Below are positions 16,304 through 25,914 of a stretch of DNA of 32,591 nt, in pieces. The translations under genes and the position numbers were made by a program. The DNA lies in contig JBFILX010000003.1 in the NCBI GenBank assembly GCA_041612035.1, forward strand, positions 1 to 32,591, in the 5' to 3' direction. This DNA is from Gemmatimonadales bacterium. GTDB taxonomy: Bacteria; Gemmatimonadota; Gemmatimonadetes; Gemmatimonadales; GWC2-71-9. The first letter of the stretch is position 1; each line of letters opens with the position of its first letter. Below the pieces are notes generated by a model. The model was not told where the DNA came from, searched no databases, and saw only the letters and a program-made list of their open reading frames with translations.

Positions 16304-17777
16304 TGGTCCGGGCGTGACGCCGCCGTCCGGCGATGCGCTCCGGCGCGTGGTGGACCGCCTGACCCGCGACGGACTGCTGGCCGGGCCCGTGCCGGCCGCT
16401 GCCCGGGCGACCTCGATCACCGCCGACAGCCGCACCGCCGTGGCGGGGAGCCTCTTTCTGGCGATCCCCGGCACCCGGACCGACGGGCACCGCTTCGTGA
16501 CCGACGCGGTCGCCCGGGGCGCCACGCTGGTGATGGCGGAGCAGGCCGCCGACGGGGTGCCGGTGCTGCTGGTGCGCGACGCCCGCCGCGCCGCCATCGC
16601 CGCCGCGCGGGCCTGGTACGACGACCCGGCCGAGCGGCTGCTCCTGATCGGCGTGACGGGCACCAACGGGAAGACCACCACCACCGGACTGCTGCAGCAC
16701 CTGCTCAACCAGCACGGGCAGGCCGGCACCATCGGCACCCTGGGGGCCTTCGACGGGGCGGGACGGGCGGTCGCCTCCACGGCGGGGGTGCTCACCACGC
16801 CGGGGCCGGTGGACCTGCACGCCACCTTCGCGGCGCTCGCCGACCGCGGAGTGACCCGGGTGGTCATGGAAGCCTCGTCCCACAGCCTCGACCAGGGCCG
16901 GCTCGACGGCCTGGTCTTCGCCGGCGCGGTCTTCACCAACTTCACCCGGGACCACCTCGACTACCATCACACGATGGAGGCGTACCTCGGGGCCAAGCTC
17001 CACCTCGCCGACCTGCTCTCGCCCGCCGGGGTCTGCGCGATCAGCGCCGACGAACCGGCCTGGGCCGCGCTCCGGCACCGGCCCGGGGTGGTCACCTTCG
17101 GCCTGGGACCGGGGGCCGACGTGCGGGCGGAGGGGATCGTGCTGGGCGCGGAGGCCGGCCGGTTCCTGCTCACCGGCCGGTTCGGGACCCGGGAGGCGAC
17201 GGTGCCGCTCCCGGGCGACTTCAACGTCCTGAACGCGCTGGCCGCCGCCGCCTGCGCCCTGCGGCTGGAGGTCCCCCTCGATCAGGTCGTGGAGCGGCTC
17301 GCCTCGGCGCCGCAGGTGCCGGGACGGATGGAGCGCCTCACGGCGTCGCCCTGCCCGGTGTTCCGGGACTACGCCCACACGCCCGACGCGCTGGAGCGGG
17401 CCCTGCGCGCACTGCGTCCGCTCACGCGGGGACGGCTCATCGTGCTGTTCGGGGCCGGAGGCGACCGCGACCGCGGCAAGCGGCCGATGATGGGTCGCAT
17501 CGCGGCGGAACTGGCCGACGAGGCGATCGCCACCTCCGACAACCCGCGCACGGAAGACCCGGAGCAGATCCTGGACGAGGTGGTGGCCGGGGCGGGCCGC
17601 CCGATCCGGCGGGTGGTGGACCGGCGGGGCGCGATCGCGGAGGCGCTCGCGATGGCGCAACCCGGCGACACGATCCTGCTGGCCGGGAAAGGTCACGAGA
17701 CCTACCAGGTGATCGGAACGGTCCGGCACCCGTTCGACGAGCGGGAGATCGTGCGCCAGCTCACGGGGGCGGCATGA
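16296..17777 (+). CDS. murE: UDP-MurNAc-tripeptide synthetase MurE (meso-DAP type)
   Basis: 'GVTGTNGKTT', 'MEASSH', 'DHLDYH', 'DYAHTPD', 'SDNPR' (DAP-specificity motif) and 'AGKGHE'. Confidence 0.96.
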   Translation: MADGPGVTPPSGDALRRVVDRLTRDGLLAGPVPAAARATSITADSRTAVAGSLFLAIPGTRTDGHRFVTDAVARGATLVMAEQAADGVPVLLVRDARRAAIAAARAWYDDPAERLLLIGVTGTNGKTTTTGLLQHLLNQHGQAGTIGTLGAFDGAGRAVASTAGVLTTPGPVDLHATFAALADRGVTRVVMEASSHSLDQGRLDGLVFAGAVFTNFTRDHLDYHHTMEAYLGAKLHLADLLSPAGVCAISADEPAWAALRHRPGVVTFGLGPGADVRAEGIVLGAEAGRFLLTGRFGTREATVPLPGDFNVLNALAAAACALRLEVPLDQVVERLASAPQVPGRMERLTASPCPVFRDYAHTPDALERALRALRPLTRGRLIVLFGAGGDRDRGKRPMMGRIAAELADEAIATSDNPRTEDPEQILDEVVAGAGRPIRRVVDRRGAIAEALAMAQPGDTILLAGKGHETYQVIGTVRHPFDEREIVRQLTGAA

Positions 17778-19141
17778 TCACGGTGACCGAGCGCTGGGTC
17801 CGGGAGGCCCTGGGCCTGGAGGGCGGGAGCGCGTCGCTCCGCTACCCCGCCATCGGGACCGACACCCGCATCCTGGCGCCGGGGGCGCTTTTCGTGGCCC
17901 TGGCGGGCGAGCGCTTCGACGGGCACGACTTCCTCGACGCCGCCGCCCGGGCGGGCGCCCGGGCGGCCGTGGTCCGGCAGGGGACGCCCGAGCACCCGGA
18001 GCTGGTGCTCCACCGCGTCCCGGACACGCTGCGGGCGTACGGGCTGCTGGCCCGGCACCGGCGGCGGCAGGTCGGCGGACCGGTGGTGGCGATCACCGGA
18101 ACCAACGGCAAGACCTCCACCAAGGAACTGATGGCGGCGGCCCTCCGCACCCGGTTCCGGACCTACGCCACCCGGCAGAACCTCAACAACCTGGTCGGCG
18201 TGCCGCAGACCATCCTCGAGGCCCCTCCCGACACCGAGGCCCTCGTGGTGGAGGCGGGCGCCAACCTCCCCGGCGAGATCGCCAGCTACCGCGCCATCAT
18301 CGAACCGAGCCTGGCGATGGTGACCAACGTGGGGGCGGGCCACCTCGAGGGGTTCGGATCGCTGGACGGCGTGATGCAGGAGAAGCTGGAGCTCGTGCGC
18401 GGCGTGCCGGTGGCGGTGGTGGGGACCTCGCCCGCCCGGCTCCCGGAGGAAGCCCGCCGCCGGGGCCCCGGCCGGGTCATCACCGCGGGACTGGCCGGGG
18501 CCGACGTGGTGCCCGACCGGGTGGAGCTGACGCCCCGGGGGCACCCGCGGATCGTGGTGGGGGGGCACCTGGTGCGGCTGGGGCTCCTGGGCCGGCACCA
18601 GGCGGCCAACGCGATGCTGGTCTGGGCGGCCGCGGCCGAGCTCGGGCTCGACGCGTCGCTGGTGGCGGCGGCGCTGGAGACCGTGACGGTGCCGGGCGGC
18701 CGGGGCGAACTCACCCAGGCGGGGCAGCTCACGATCCTCAACGACTGCTACAACGCCAATCCCCAGTCGTTCGCCTCGGCGATCGAGACCGCGGTGAGCC
18801 TCCGGGCGGGCCGCCGGCTGGTGTTCGTGGCGGGGACCATGCGCGAGCTGGGGGAGGACTCGGCCCGGCTGCACGGCGAGGTGGCGGCCGCGCTGGTGGC
18901 CCTGGAGCCGGAGCTGCTCGCGGCCACGGGCGACTTCGTGGAGGCCCTCGGCCCGTGGGCCGGGACCCTGGGCGACCGGCTGGTGCGCGCCCCCGACGCG
19001 GAGGCCCTGGCCCCGCTGCTGGCGGAACGGCTGCGGGGTGACGAGCTGGTGGTCCTGAAGGCGTCCCGCGGGGTGGCCCTGGAGCGTATACTTCCCGCCA
19101 TCACGCGCCGCGCCGCCCCCGCTCCCATCGCCGAGGCCTGA
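17774..19141 (+). CDS. murF: UDP-MurNAc-pentapeptide synthetase MurF
   Basis: 'GERFDGHDF', 'ITGTNGKTSTKE', 'NLNN', 'NDCYNANP', 'MRELG' and 'LKASRG'. Confidence 0.96.
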   Translation: MITVTERWVREALGLEGGSASLRYPAIGTDTRILAPGALFVALAGERFDGHDFLDAAARAGARAAVVRQGTPEHPELVLHRVPDTLRAYGLLARHRRRQVGGPVVAITGTNGKTSTKELMAAALRTRFRTYATRQNLNNLVGVPQTILEAPPDTEALVVEAGANLPGEIASYRAIIEPSLAMVTNVGAGHLEGFGSLDGVMQEKLELVRGVPVAVVGTSPARLPEEARRRGPGRVITAGLAGADVVPDRVELTPRGHPRIVVGGHLVRLGLLGRHQAANAMLVWAAAAELGLDASLVAAALETVTVPGGRGELTQAGQLTILNDCYNANPQSFASAIETAVSLRAGRRLVFVAGTMRELGEDSARLHGEVAAALVALEPELLAATGDFVEALGPWAGTLGDRLVRAPDAEALAPLLAERLRGDELVVLKASRGVALERILPAITRRAAPAPIAEA

Positions 19142-20268
19142 TGCTCTACCACCTCCTGGCCCCGCTGGCCAAGAGCCACATCCTCGCAAACCTCTTCACG
19201 TACATCAGCTTCCGGGCGGCGGGGGCGACGGTGACGGCGCTGCTCGTGGCGTTCCTGATCGGCCCGGCCATCATCCGCCGCCTGCACGCGCTGAGGGTGG
19301 GGCAGGTGGTGCGGGCCGACTTCCTGTCGAGCCACCAGGGGAAGCGCGGCACCCCCACCATGGGCGGGCTCATCATCATCCTGGCCACGGTGGTGCCGAC
19401 CCTCCTCTGGGCCCCGCTCACCAACCGGTACGTGGTGGTGGCGGTCCTCGCGACGGTGTGGGCGGGGATGATCGGGTTCCTGGACGACTACCTGAAGGTG
19501 GTGCAGGGCAAGTCCCGGGGGCTGGTGGCCCGGTGGAAGCTGGCCGGGCAGGTGAGCTTCGGCGCCGCCCTCGGCCTGTACCTGGTGGCCTTCCCGCTGG
19601 TGCCCGCGGGCACCATGGACGCGACCTCCACCTCGGTCCCCTTCTTCAAGTACGTCACGATCACCTTCGCGCCGGTGGCCTACATCCTGTTCGTGACGTT
19701 CGTGGTCACCGGGGCCAGCAACGCCGTGAACCTGACCGACGGGCTGGACGGCCTGGCGACCGGGCTGGCCTCGATCGCCGCGGCGGCGTTCGCGTTCTTC
19801 GCGTACGTCTTCGGGCGGGTGGACGCCACCTCCTACCTGAACCTCTTCTACCTGCCCGGCGCGGGCGAGCTCACGATCTTCTGCGGGGCGCTGATGGGGG
19901 GCACCCTGGGCTTTCTCTGGTTCAACGCCCATCCGGCCCGGGTCTTCATGGGGGACACCGGGAGCCTGGCGATCGGGGGCGCGCTGGGCACGGTCTCCAT
20001 CCTCCTCAAGGCCGAGTTCCTGTTTGCCATCATCGGCGGGGTGTTCGTGGCGGAGGCCCTGTCGGTGATGGTGCAGAGCGGGGTGTTCAAGTGGCGCCGG
20101 CGCACCCGGGGGCGTGAGTACGCCGACGCGAACCGGGTCTTCCGGATGGCGCCGCTGCACCACCACTTCGAGAAGCTGGGCTGGGCCGAGAGCACCGTGG
20201 TGACGCGGTTCTACATCCTGGGGATCCTCTGCGCCCTGGTGGCCTTCGCCACCCTGAAGCTCCGGTGA
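19141..20268 (+). CDS. mraY: Phospho-N-acetylmuramoyl-pentapeptide transferase MraY
   Basis: 'KRGTPTMGG', 'GFLDDY', 'SNAVNLTDGLDGLA', 'VFMGDTGSL' and 'MAPLHHHFE'. Confidence 0.97.
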   Translation: MLYHLLAPLAKSHILANLFTYISFRAAGATVTALLVAFLIGPAIIRRLHALRVGQVVRADFLSSHQGKRGTPTMGGLIIILATVVPTLLWAPLTNRYVVVAVLATVWAGMIGFLDDYLKVVQGKSRGLVARWKLAGQVSFGAALGLYLVAFPLVPAGTMDATSTSVPFFKYVTITFAPVAYILFVTFVVTGASNAVNLTDGLDGLATGLASIAAAAFAFFAYVFGRVDATSYLNLFYLPGAGELTIFCGALMGGTLGFLWFNAHPARVFMGDTGSLAIGGALGTVSILLKAEFLFAIIGGVFVAEALSVMVQSGVFKWRRRTRGREYADANRVFRMAPLHHHFEKLGWAESTVVTRFYILGILCALVAFATLKLR

Positions 20269-21617
20269 GTCTCGCGGCCTGGTCGGCGGGGGACGCCGAG
20301 GTGGCCGTCCTGGGGCTGGGCCGGAGCGGCGTGGCGGCCGCCCGGCTGCTCCGGCGGGAGGGCGTGGCGGTGTACGCGTCCGACACCGGGCGCGGGGCCG
20401 GGCTCGACGAGGCCGCCGCGTCGCTCCGCGCCCTGGGGGCCGCGGTCGACGTGGGGTGCCACGACCTCGACCGGATCGCCGGGGCCGCCGGGGTGATCAT
20501 CTCGCCGGGCGTCCCCCCGGACGCCGCGGCGGTGGCGGCGGCCCGCCGGGCCCAGGTCCCGGTACGGGCGGAGGCCGACCTGGGGCTCGAGGCGCTGGGC
20601 GGCCTGCCGTACCTCGCGGTGACCGGGACCAACGGGAAGAGCACCGTGACGGCGCTGGCCGCCCACCTGCTCACCGCCGCCGGCCTCGACGCGGAGGCCG
20701 CCGGCAACATCGGGGTCCCGCTCTGCGACGTGGCGCTCCGGCCGGTGCGCCCGGCCTGGCTGGCCATCGAGCTGTCGTCCTTCCAGCTGCACGACTGCCC
20801 CCGGGTCCAGCCGCGGGTGGGGGTGCTCACGAACCTCTCGCCCGACCATCTCGACCGCTATCCCGACCTCGCGACGTACTACGCCGACAAGAAGCTCCTC
20901 TTCCGCAACGCGACCCCCGACGCGATCTGGGTCCTGAACCAGGACGACCCCGCCTCGCTCGAGCTGGCGGCCGGCGCGGCGGGCACGGTGCGGCGCTTCT
21001 CCACCCGGTCGCGGGCCGAGGCGTGGTACGACCGCGGGGCGGGGGTCCTGCGGCTGGGCGACCGCGCCCTGGTCCCCCGACCCGACCTGCACCTGCTGGG
21101 CGACCACAACGTCGCCAACGCCCTGGCGGCGGCGCTCGCCGTGGCCGCCGCGACCGGCGCGTCCGACGACGCGCTGGCCGACGGGCTCCGAAGCTTCCGT
21201 GCCCTGACCCATCGGCTGGAGCCGGTGCGGGAGGTGGGCGGGGTGCTGTGGATCAACGACTCCAAGGCCACCAACATCGCCTCGACCGGCGTGGCGGTCA
21301 CCGCGCTCGACCGGCCCTACGTGCTGCTGCTGGGTGGCCGTCACAAGGGCGAGTCGTACCGGGGGCTGCGGCCCGGCCTCGACGGGTGCCGCGCCGTGGT
21401 GGCCTACGGGGAGGCGGCCCCGCTCGTCGCCCGGGACCTCGGCGACCTGGTGCGGGTCGCGGACGGCGCGGACCTCGCGGGGGTGGTCGCGATGGCCGCC
21501 GATCTGGCACGGCCGGGCGACGCGGTCCTGCTCTCGCCGGCGTGCTCCAGCTACGACATGTTCCGGAACTACGAGGAACGGGGCGGCGAGTTCCGTCGCC
21601 TGGTGGAGGCGATGTGA
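20265..21617 (+). CDS. murD: UDP-MurNAc-L-Ala:D-Glu ligase MurD
   Basis: 'GLGRSG', 'TGTNGKST', 'ELSSFQL', 'DHLDRY', 'NDSKATN' and 'LLSPACSSYDMF'. Confidence 0.96.
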   Translation: MSLAAWSAGDAEVAVLGLGRSGVAAARLLRREGVAVYASDTGRGAGLDEAAASLRALGAAVDVGCHDLDRIAGAAGVIISPGVPPDAAAVAAARRAQVPVRAEADLGLEALGGLPYLAVTGTNGKSTVTALAAHLLTAAGLDAEAAGNIGVPLCDVALRPVRPAWLAIELSSFQLHDCPRVQPRVGVLTNLSPDHLDRYPDLATYYADKKLLFRNATPDAIWVLNQDDPASLELAAGAAGTVRRFSTRSRAEAWYDRGAGVLRLGDRALVPRPDLHLLGDHNVANALAAALAVAAATGASDDALADGLRSFRALTHRLEPVREVGGVLWINDSKATNIASTGVAVTALDRPYVLLLGGRHKGESYRGLRPGLDGCRAVVAYGEAAPLVARDLGDLVRVADGADLAGVVAMAADLARPGDAVLLSPACSSYDMFRNYEERGGEFRRLVEAM

Positions 21618-22741
21618 GCCCGCCCGCCGTCCGGCACCCGGGCGAGCACCGCTGGGAGGTCCGGCTCCTGGTGGTGATCGCCGCGATCCTCACGGTGTTC
21701 GGGGTGGTGAACCTGTACGGCGCCATGGGGGTCCGCCAGGCCGGGTTCATGACCGTCGTGAAGCAGCTGGTGATCGCCCTGGCCGGCGCGGTGGTGATGC
21801 TGGCGCTGGCCCGGGTGGACTACCGGCGGCTCCGCCCGCTCGCCTGGCCCGCCCTGCTGGCGACCCTCTTCCTGCTGCTCATCCCCGCGCTGCCCGAGTC
21901 CCTCACCGGCGGGGTGGCCCCGGTCCGCAACGGCGCCCGGCGCTGGATCGACCTGGGGCCGATCGACCTGCAGCCCTCGGAGCTGGCCAAGTTCGTGGTG
22001 GTCCTGTGGTGCGCCATGCTGGCCGCCAAGAAGGGGACGGCGATCCGCGGCTTCAGGAAGGGGGTGGCCCCGTTCCTGGTGGTGGTGGGGCTGATCTGTC
22101 TCCTCATCATGCGGCAGCCCAACCTCTCGATGGCCGCGCTGGTGGCGATGCTGGCGGCCACCGTGCTCTTCACCGCCGGGGCCCGCATCGGGCACGGGCT
22201 CCTGCTGGTGATGGCCGCGGGGCTCATCGGGGCCCAGCTCATCTTCCTGTCCGACTACCGGCGGGCGCGGTGGGAGACCTTCGTGGGCCGGGGGACCACC
22301 GACGGGGCGATGCAGATCAACGAGTCGGTGGTGGCCATCGGGTCGGGCGGGGTGTTCGGGGTCGGACTGGGCCAGGGGAAGGCGAAGCTGGCCCACGTGC
22401 CCTACGCCTACTCCGACTTCCTGTTCTCGTCGATCGGGGAGGAGTGGGGCCTGGTCGGGGTGGTCGTGGTGGTGGTCCTGTTCGGCCTGCTGGGATGGGT
22501 GGGCTACCGGATCGCGCGAACCGCGCCGGACCCGTTCGGGCAGTTCCTCGCGGCGGGGCTCACCACCGCGGTGGTCCTGACCGCCGTGCTGCACATGGCC
22601 GTCACCCTCAAGCTCATGCCGACCACCGGGCTCACCCTGCCGTTCATGTCGGCCGGGGGCTCGAGTCTGCTCATCAACCTGGCCGCGGTCGGCGTGCTGG
22701 CGAGCGTCGGGCGGATGCGAGGTCGCCCCGGGGCCCGATGA
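21614..22741 (+). CDS. ftsW: SEDS peptidoglycan glycosyltransferase FtsW
   Basis: GTGA overlap with murD. 'NGARRWI', 'QPSELAK', 'SDFLFSSIGEEWG' and 'PTTGLTLPFMSAGGSS'. Confidence 0.93.
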   Translation: MSPPAVRHPGEHRWEVRLLVVIAAILTVFGVVNLYGAMGVRQAGFMTVVKQLVIALAGAVVMLALARVDYRRLRPLAWPALLATLFLLLIPALPESLTGGVAPVRNGARRWIDLGPIDLQPSELAKFVVVLWCAMLAAKKGTAIRGFRKGVAPFLVVVGLICLLIMRQPNLSMAALVAMLAATVLFTAGARIGHGLLLVMAAGLIGAQLIFLSDYRRARWETFVGRGTTDGAMQINESVVAIGSGGVFGVGLGQGKAKLAHVPYAYSDFLFSSIGEEWGLVGVVVVVVLFGLLGWVGYRIARTAPDPFGQFLAAGLTTAVVLTAVLHMAVTLKLMPTTGLTLPFMSAGGSSLLINLAAVGVLASVGRMRGRPGAR

Positions 22742-23832
22742 CCACCCTGCTGATCGCCGGCGGCGGGACCGGCGGCCACCTGATGCCCGCCCTGGCGATC
22801 GCGGACGCGGTGCGCGCCGCCCATCCCGACTGGGCGATCGTGCTGGCCGGCGCGGAGCGGGGGATCGAGGCGCGGCTGCTGCCCACCCGGCCCTACCGCC
22901 ATCACCTGCTGCCGGCGGAGCCGCTCTACCGGCGGCAGTGGTGGAAGAACTTCCGGTGGCCCCTGCTGAGCCTGCGCCTGATCCGCCGGGTCCACCGCCT
23001 GCTCGCCGAGGAGCGGCCCACGCTCGTCCTCGGCACCGGCGGGTACGCCGCCGGCCCGGTGGTCTGGCGGGCCGCCGCACGCGGGATCCCCACGGCCCTG
23101 TTCGAGGCCGACGCCTACCCGGGGCTCACCACCCGGCTGCTGGCCCGTCGCGCGCGGGAGATCTACCTGGGCGTCCCCGAAGCCGCCCGGCACCTGCGGG
23201 CGGGCCGGCGGACCGAGGTGGTCGTCACCGGTCCCCCGATCATCCCGCCCGACCCCGGGGCCCGGGCCCGGGGGCTCGCCGCCTTCGGCCTCGATCTCGC
23301 CCGTCCGACCGTGCTGGTCACGGGAGGCAGCCAGGGGGCGCTGGCGCTCAACGAGGCGGTCGCGGGGTGGATCCGCGCCGGCGGGACCCGGGAGCTCCAG
23401 GTCATCTGGTCCACCGGCCCCGCCACGCACGAGCGGTTCGCCGCCCTGGACGCCCCGCCCGCCGTGCAGGTGCGGCCCTTCCTCGACCCCATCGCCGAGG
23501 CCTATGCGGTGGCCGACCTGGCGATCACCCGGGCCGGGATGACCACGATCGCCGAACTGTCGGCCTGGGGGATCCCCAGCATCCTGGTGCCCCTGCCGAC
23601 CGCGGCCGCGGACCATCAGCACCGCAACGCGGCGGTGATGGCCGATGCGGGGGCGGCCGTGCTCCTCCCCCAGTCGGCCCTCACCCCCGACCGGCTGGGG
23701 CTGGAGGTCGGGGCCCTGGTGGCCGACCGGGACCGGCTGACCGCCGTGGGATGGGCCGCCCGGACCCGGGGCCGGCCCGACGCCGCGGCCCGGATCGTGA
23801 CCCGCCTGGAGCGGCTTTCCGGGGCCGTCTGA
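22738..23832 (+). CDS. murG: Lipid II GlcNAc transferase MurG
   Basis: 'AGGGTGGHLMP', 'GTGGY', 'GGSQGA', 'RAGMTTIAE' and 'HQHRNA'. Confidence 0.96.
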   Translation: MTTLLIAGGGTGGHLMPALAIADAVRAAHPDWAIVLAGAERGIEARLLPTRPYRHHLLPAEPLYRRQWWKNFRWPLLSLRLIRRVHRLLAEERPTLVLGTGGYAAGPVVWRAAARGIPTALFEADAYPGLTTRLLARRAREIYLGVPEAARHLRAGRRTEVVVTGPPIIPPDPGARARGLAAFGLDLARPTVLVTGGSQGALALNEAVAGWIRAGGTRELQVIWSTGPATHERFAALDAPPAVQVRPFLDPIAEAYAVADLAITRAGMTTIAELSAWGIPSILVPLPTAAADHQHRNAAVMADAGAAVLLPQSALTPDRLGLEVGALVADRDRLTAVGWAARTRGRPDAAARIVTRLERLSGAV

Positions 23833-23835
23833 GCG

Positions 23836-23863
23836 TTGCCATGTCCGTGCAGTTGCTTAGATT
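23836..23863 (+). promoter_or_regulatory. Putative internal sigma70-type promoter upstream of murC
   Basis: TTGCCA (23836-23841), 16-bp spacer, TAGATT (23858-23863), in a relatively AT-rich intergenic gap. Confidence 0.5.
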
Positions 23864-23875
23864 AGGTCCGTCGCC

Positions 23876-25249
23876 ATGAACCTTTTTCTCGCCCGGGATC
23901 CCAGGCCGGTCCACTTCGTCGGGATCGCCGGGGCGGGGATGAGCGCCTTGGCCATGCTGGCGCTGCGACGGGGCGTGGCGGTCACCGGTTCCGACAGGCA
24001 TCCCGAGGGCGCGCCTGACCTCCCGCGCCAAGGTGCGGTGGTCCGGGAGGGGCACGACCGGGCATACGTGGACGGGGCCCGGGCGGTGGTGTACAGCGCG
24101 GCGATCCCGGCCGACCATGTCGAACTGGCGCGGGCCCGCGAGCTGGGGATTCCCGTGGTGCCACGCAAGACGGCGCTGGGCGAACTGGTGGCGGGCCGGA
24201 CGACGGTGGCGGTGGCGGGGACGCACGGCAAGACCACCACCACGGTCATGGCCGCGGAAGCGCTCGCGGCCGCCGGGCTCGATCCCACCGCGCTCGCCGG
24301 CGGCCGGGTGGCCGCCTGGGGCGGGAACGCCCGGGTGGGAGGCGAGGCGCTGTACGTGGTGGAGGCCGACGAGTACGACCAGGCCTTCCTCGCGCTGTCG
24401 CCGACGGTGGCGGTGGTCACCAACGTCGAGCCCGAGCACCTGGAGTGCTACGACGGATCGGAGGCGAAGCTCTTCGACGCGTTCGTCACCTTCGCCGACC
24501 GGGCCCGCACCGCGATCGTGACCTCGGGGGACCCGGGGGCCGATCGGGTGGCCGCCCGCCTCTCGACCACCGTGTGGCGGGTGGGGCCGGGGGCGGACGG
24601 GGTGGCGCTCGGGCCGGTGCAGGCGGACGGAGCCGGGAGCGAGTGCCGGGTCCGGCTCCCGGGGGGGCGCGAGGTGACCCTCCGGCTGTCGGTGCCGGGC
24701 GAGCACAACGTCCGGAACGCCGCCGCCGCGCTGGCGGCGGTCGCGGCCCTGGACGGCGAGATCGACCCCGCGCTCGAGGCGCTCCGGCGCTTCCCCGGGG
24801 TCGGCCGGCGGTTCGAGCGGCTGGGCGAGCGGGCGGGGGTGGCGGTGGTGGACGACTACGCCCACCATCCGACCGAGATCGCCGCGACCCTGGCGGCGGC
24901 GCGGCAGGCCTTCCCCGGCCGGCGACTGGTGGCGGTGTTCCAGCCCCACCTGTTCAGCCGGACCGCGGTCCACGCGGCGGGGATGGGGGCCGCGCTGGCG
25001 GCCGCCGACCAGTGCTGGGTGACCGAGGTCTACGCCGCCCGCGAGGCGCCCATCCCGGGGGTGAGCGGCGAGCTCGTGGCGGAGGCCGCCCGGGCAGGCG
25101 GGGCGGCGACCGAGTTCGAGCCCTCCCTGGACCGGCTTGTCGAGCGGGTGGCCCGGGCGGTGCGGTCGGGAGACGTGGTCGTGACGCTGGGTGCGGGCGA
25201 CGTGACCACCGTAGGACCCAGGCTGCTGACCAGGCTGGGGACGGCATGA
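23876..25249 (+). CDS. murC: UDP-MurNAc:L-Ala ligase MurC
   Basis: 'HFVGIAGAGMSALA', 'AGTHGKTTT', 'VEADEYD', 'DDYAHHPTE' and 'FQPHLFSRT'. Confidence 0.96.
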   Translation: MNLFLARDPRPVHFVGIAGAGMSALAMLALRRGVAVTGSDRHPEGAPDLPRQGAVVREGHDRAYVDGARAVVYSAAIPADHVELARARELGIPVVPRKTALGELVAGRTTVAVAGTHGKTTTTVMAAEALAAAGLDPTALAGGRVAAWGGNARVGGEALYVVEADEYDQAFLALSPTVAVVTNVEPEHLECYDGSEAKLFDAFVTFADRARTAIVTSGDPGADRVAARLSTTVWRVGPGADGVALGPVQADGAGSECRVRLPGGREVTLRLSVPGEHNVRNAAAALAAVAALDGEIDPALEALRRFPGVGRRFERLGERAGVAVVDDYAHHPTEIAATLAAARQAFPGRRLVAVFQPHLFSRTAVHAAGMGAALAAADQCWVTEVYAAREAPIPGVSGELVAEAARAGGAATEFEPSLDRLVERVARAVRSGDVVVTLGAGDVTTVGPRLLTRLGTA

Positions 25250-25914
25250 GGTGGCGGACGGGGCTCGTCATCGCGGCGCTCGGGGTGGCCGCGGCCCTGG
25301 TGGCGCCGAGCCTGCTCCGGCGGGTGTCGTTCTTCGAGGTGCGCCGGGTGGAACTCCTGGGCGCCCGATACCTGACGGGGGAAGACGTCGTGGAGGCGCT
25401 GGGGCTGGCCCCCGATCGCAGTCTGTTCGACCGGCTGGACGGACTGGACGCCAAGGTGGCCGCGATCCCGGGGGTCCGGGCGGCCCGGGTGTCGCGCCGG
25501 TGGCCGGGGACCCTGGTGGTCCGGGTGACCGAGGCCGACCCGGTGGCCCTTGCCCCCCGCGACGGGGTGCTGGTGCTGATGGACGACGGCGGCCGGCTCC
25601 TGCCGTTCGACCCGACGCGGGCCCCGGCCGACCTGCCGGTGGCCCAGGCCGATTCGGCGGTGGCCCGGGTGCTGGGACGGGTGCGGGAGGCGGAACCGTC
25701 GCTGTACGCGCTGGTGCAGTCCGCCCGGCGGGTGGCCGGCGACGTGGTGCTGGAGTCGGGGCGCGGGCGGTACCTGCTGCGGGCCGACGCGCCGGTGCCG
25801 GCAATTCGGGCCCTGGCGGCGGTGCTCCGGGACCTCGCGACCAGGGCGTGGACCTTTCAGGAACTCGATGCGCGATTCACCGACCGGGTGTTCGTGCGGG
25901 GCATGAAGACGTGA
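25246..25914 (+). CDS. ftsQ: Cell division protein FtsQ/DivIB
   Basis: N-terminal TM, POTRA-like segment ('GARYLT...VSRRWPGTLVVRVTE') and C-terminal 'LDARF'; located before ftsA. Confidence 0.88.
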   Translation: MRWRTGLVIAALGVAAALVAPSLLRRVSFFEVRRVELLGARYLTGEDVVEALGLAPDRSLFDRLDGLDAKVAAIPGVRAARVSRRWPGTLVVRVTEADPVALAPRDGVLVLMDDGGRLLPFDPTRAPADLPVAQADSAVARVLGRVREAEPSLYALVQSARRVAGDVVLESGRGRYLLRADAPVPAIRALAAVLRDLATRAWTFQELDARFTDRVFVRGMKT

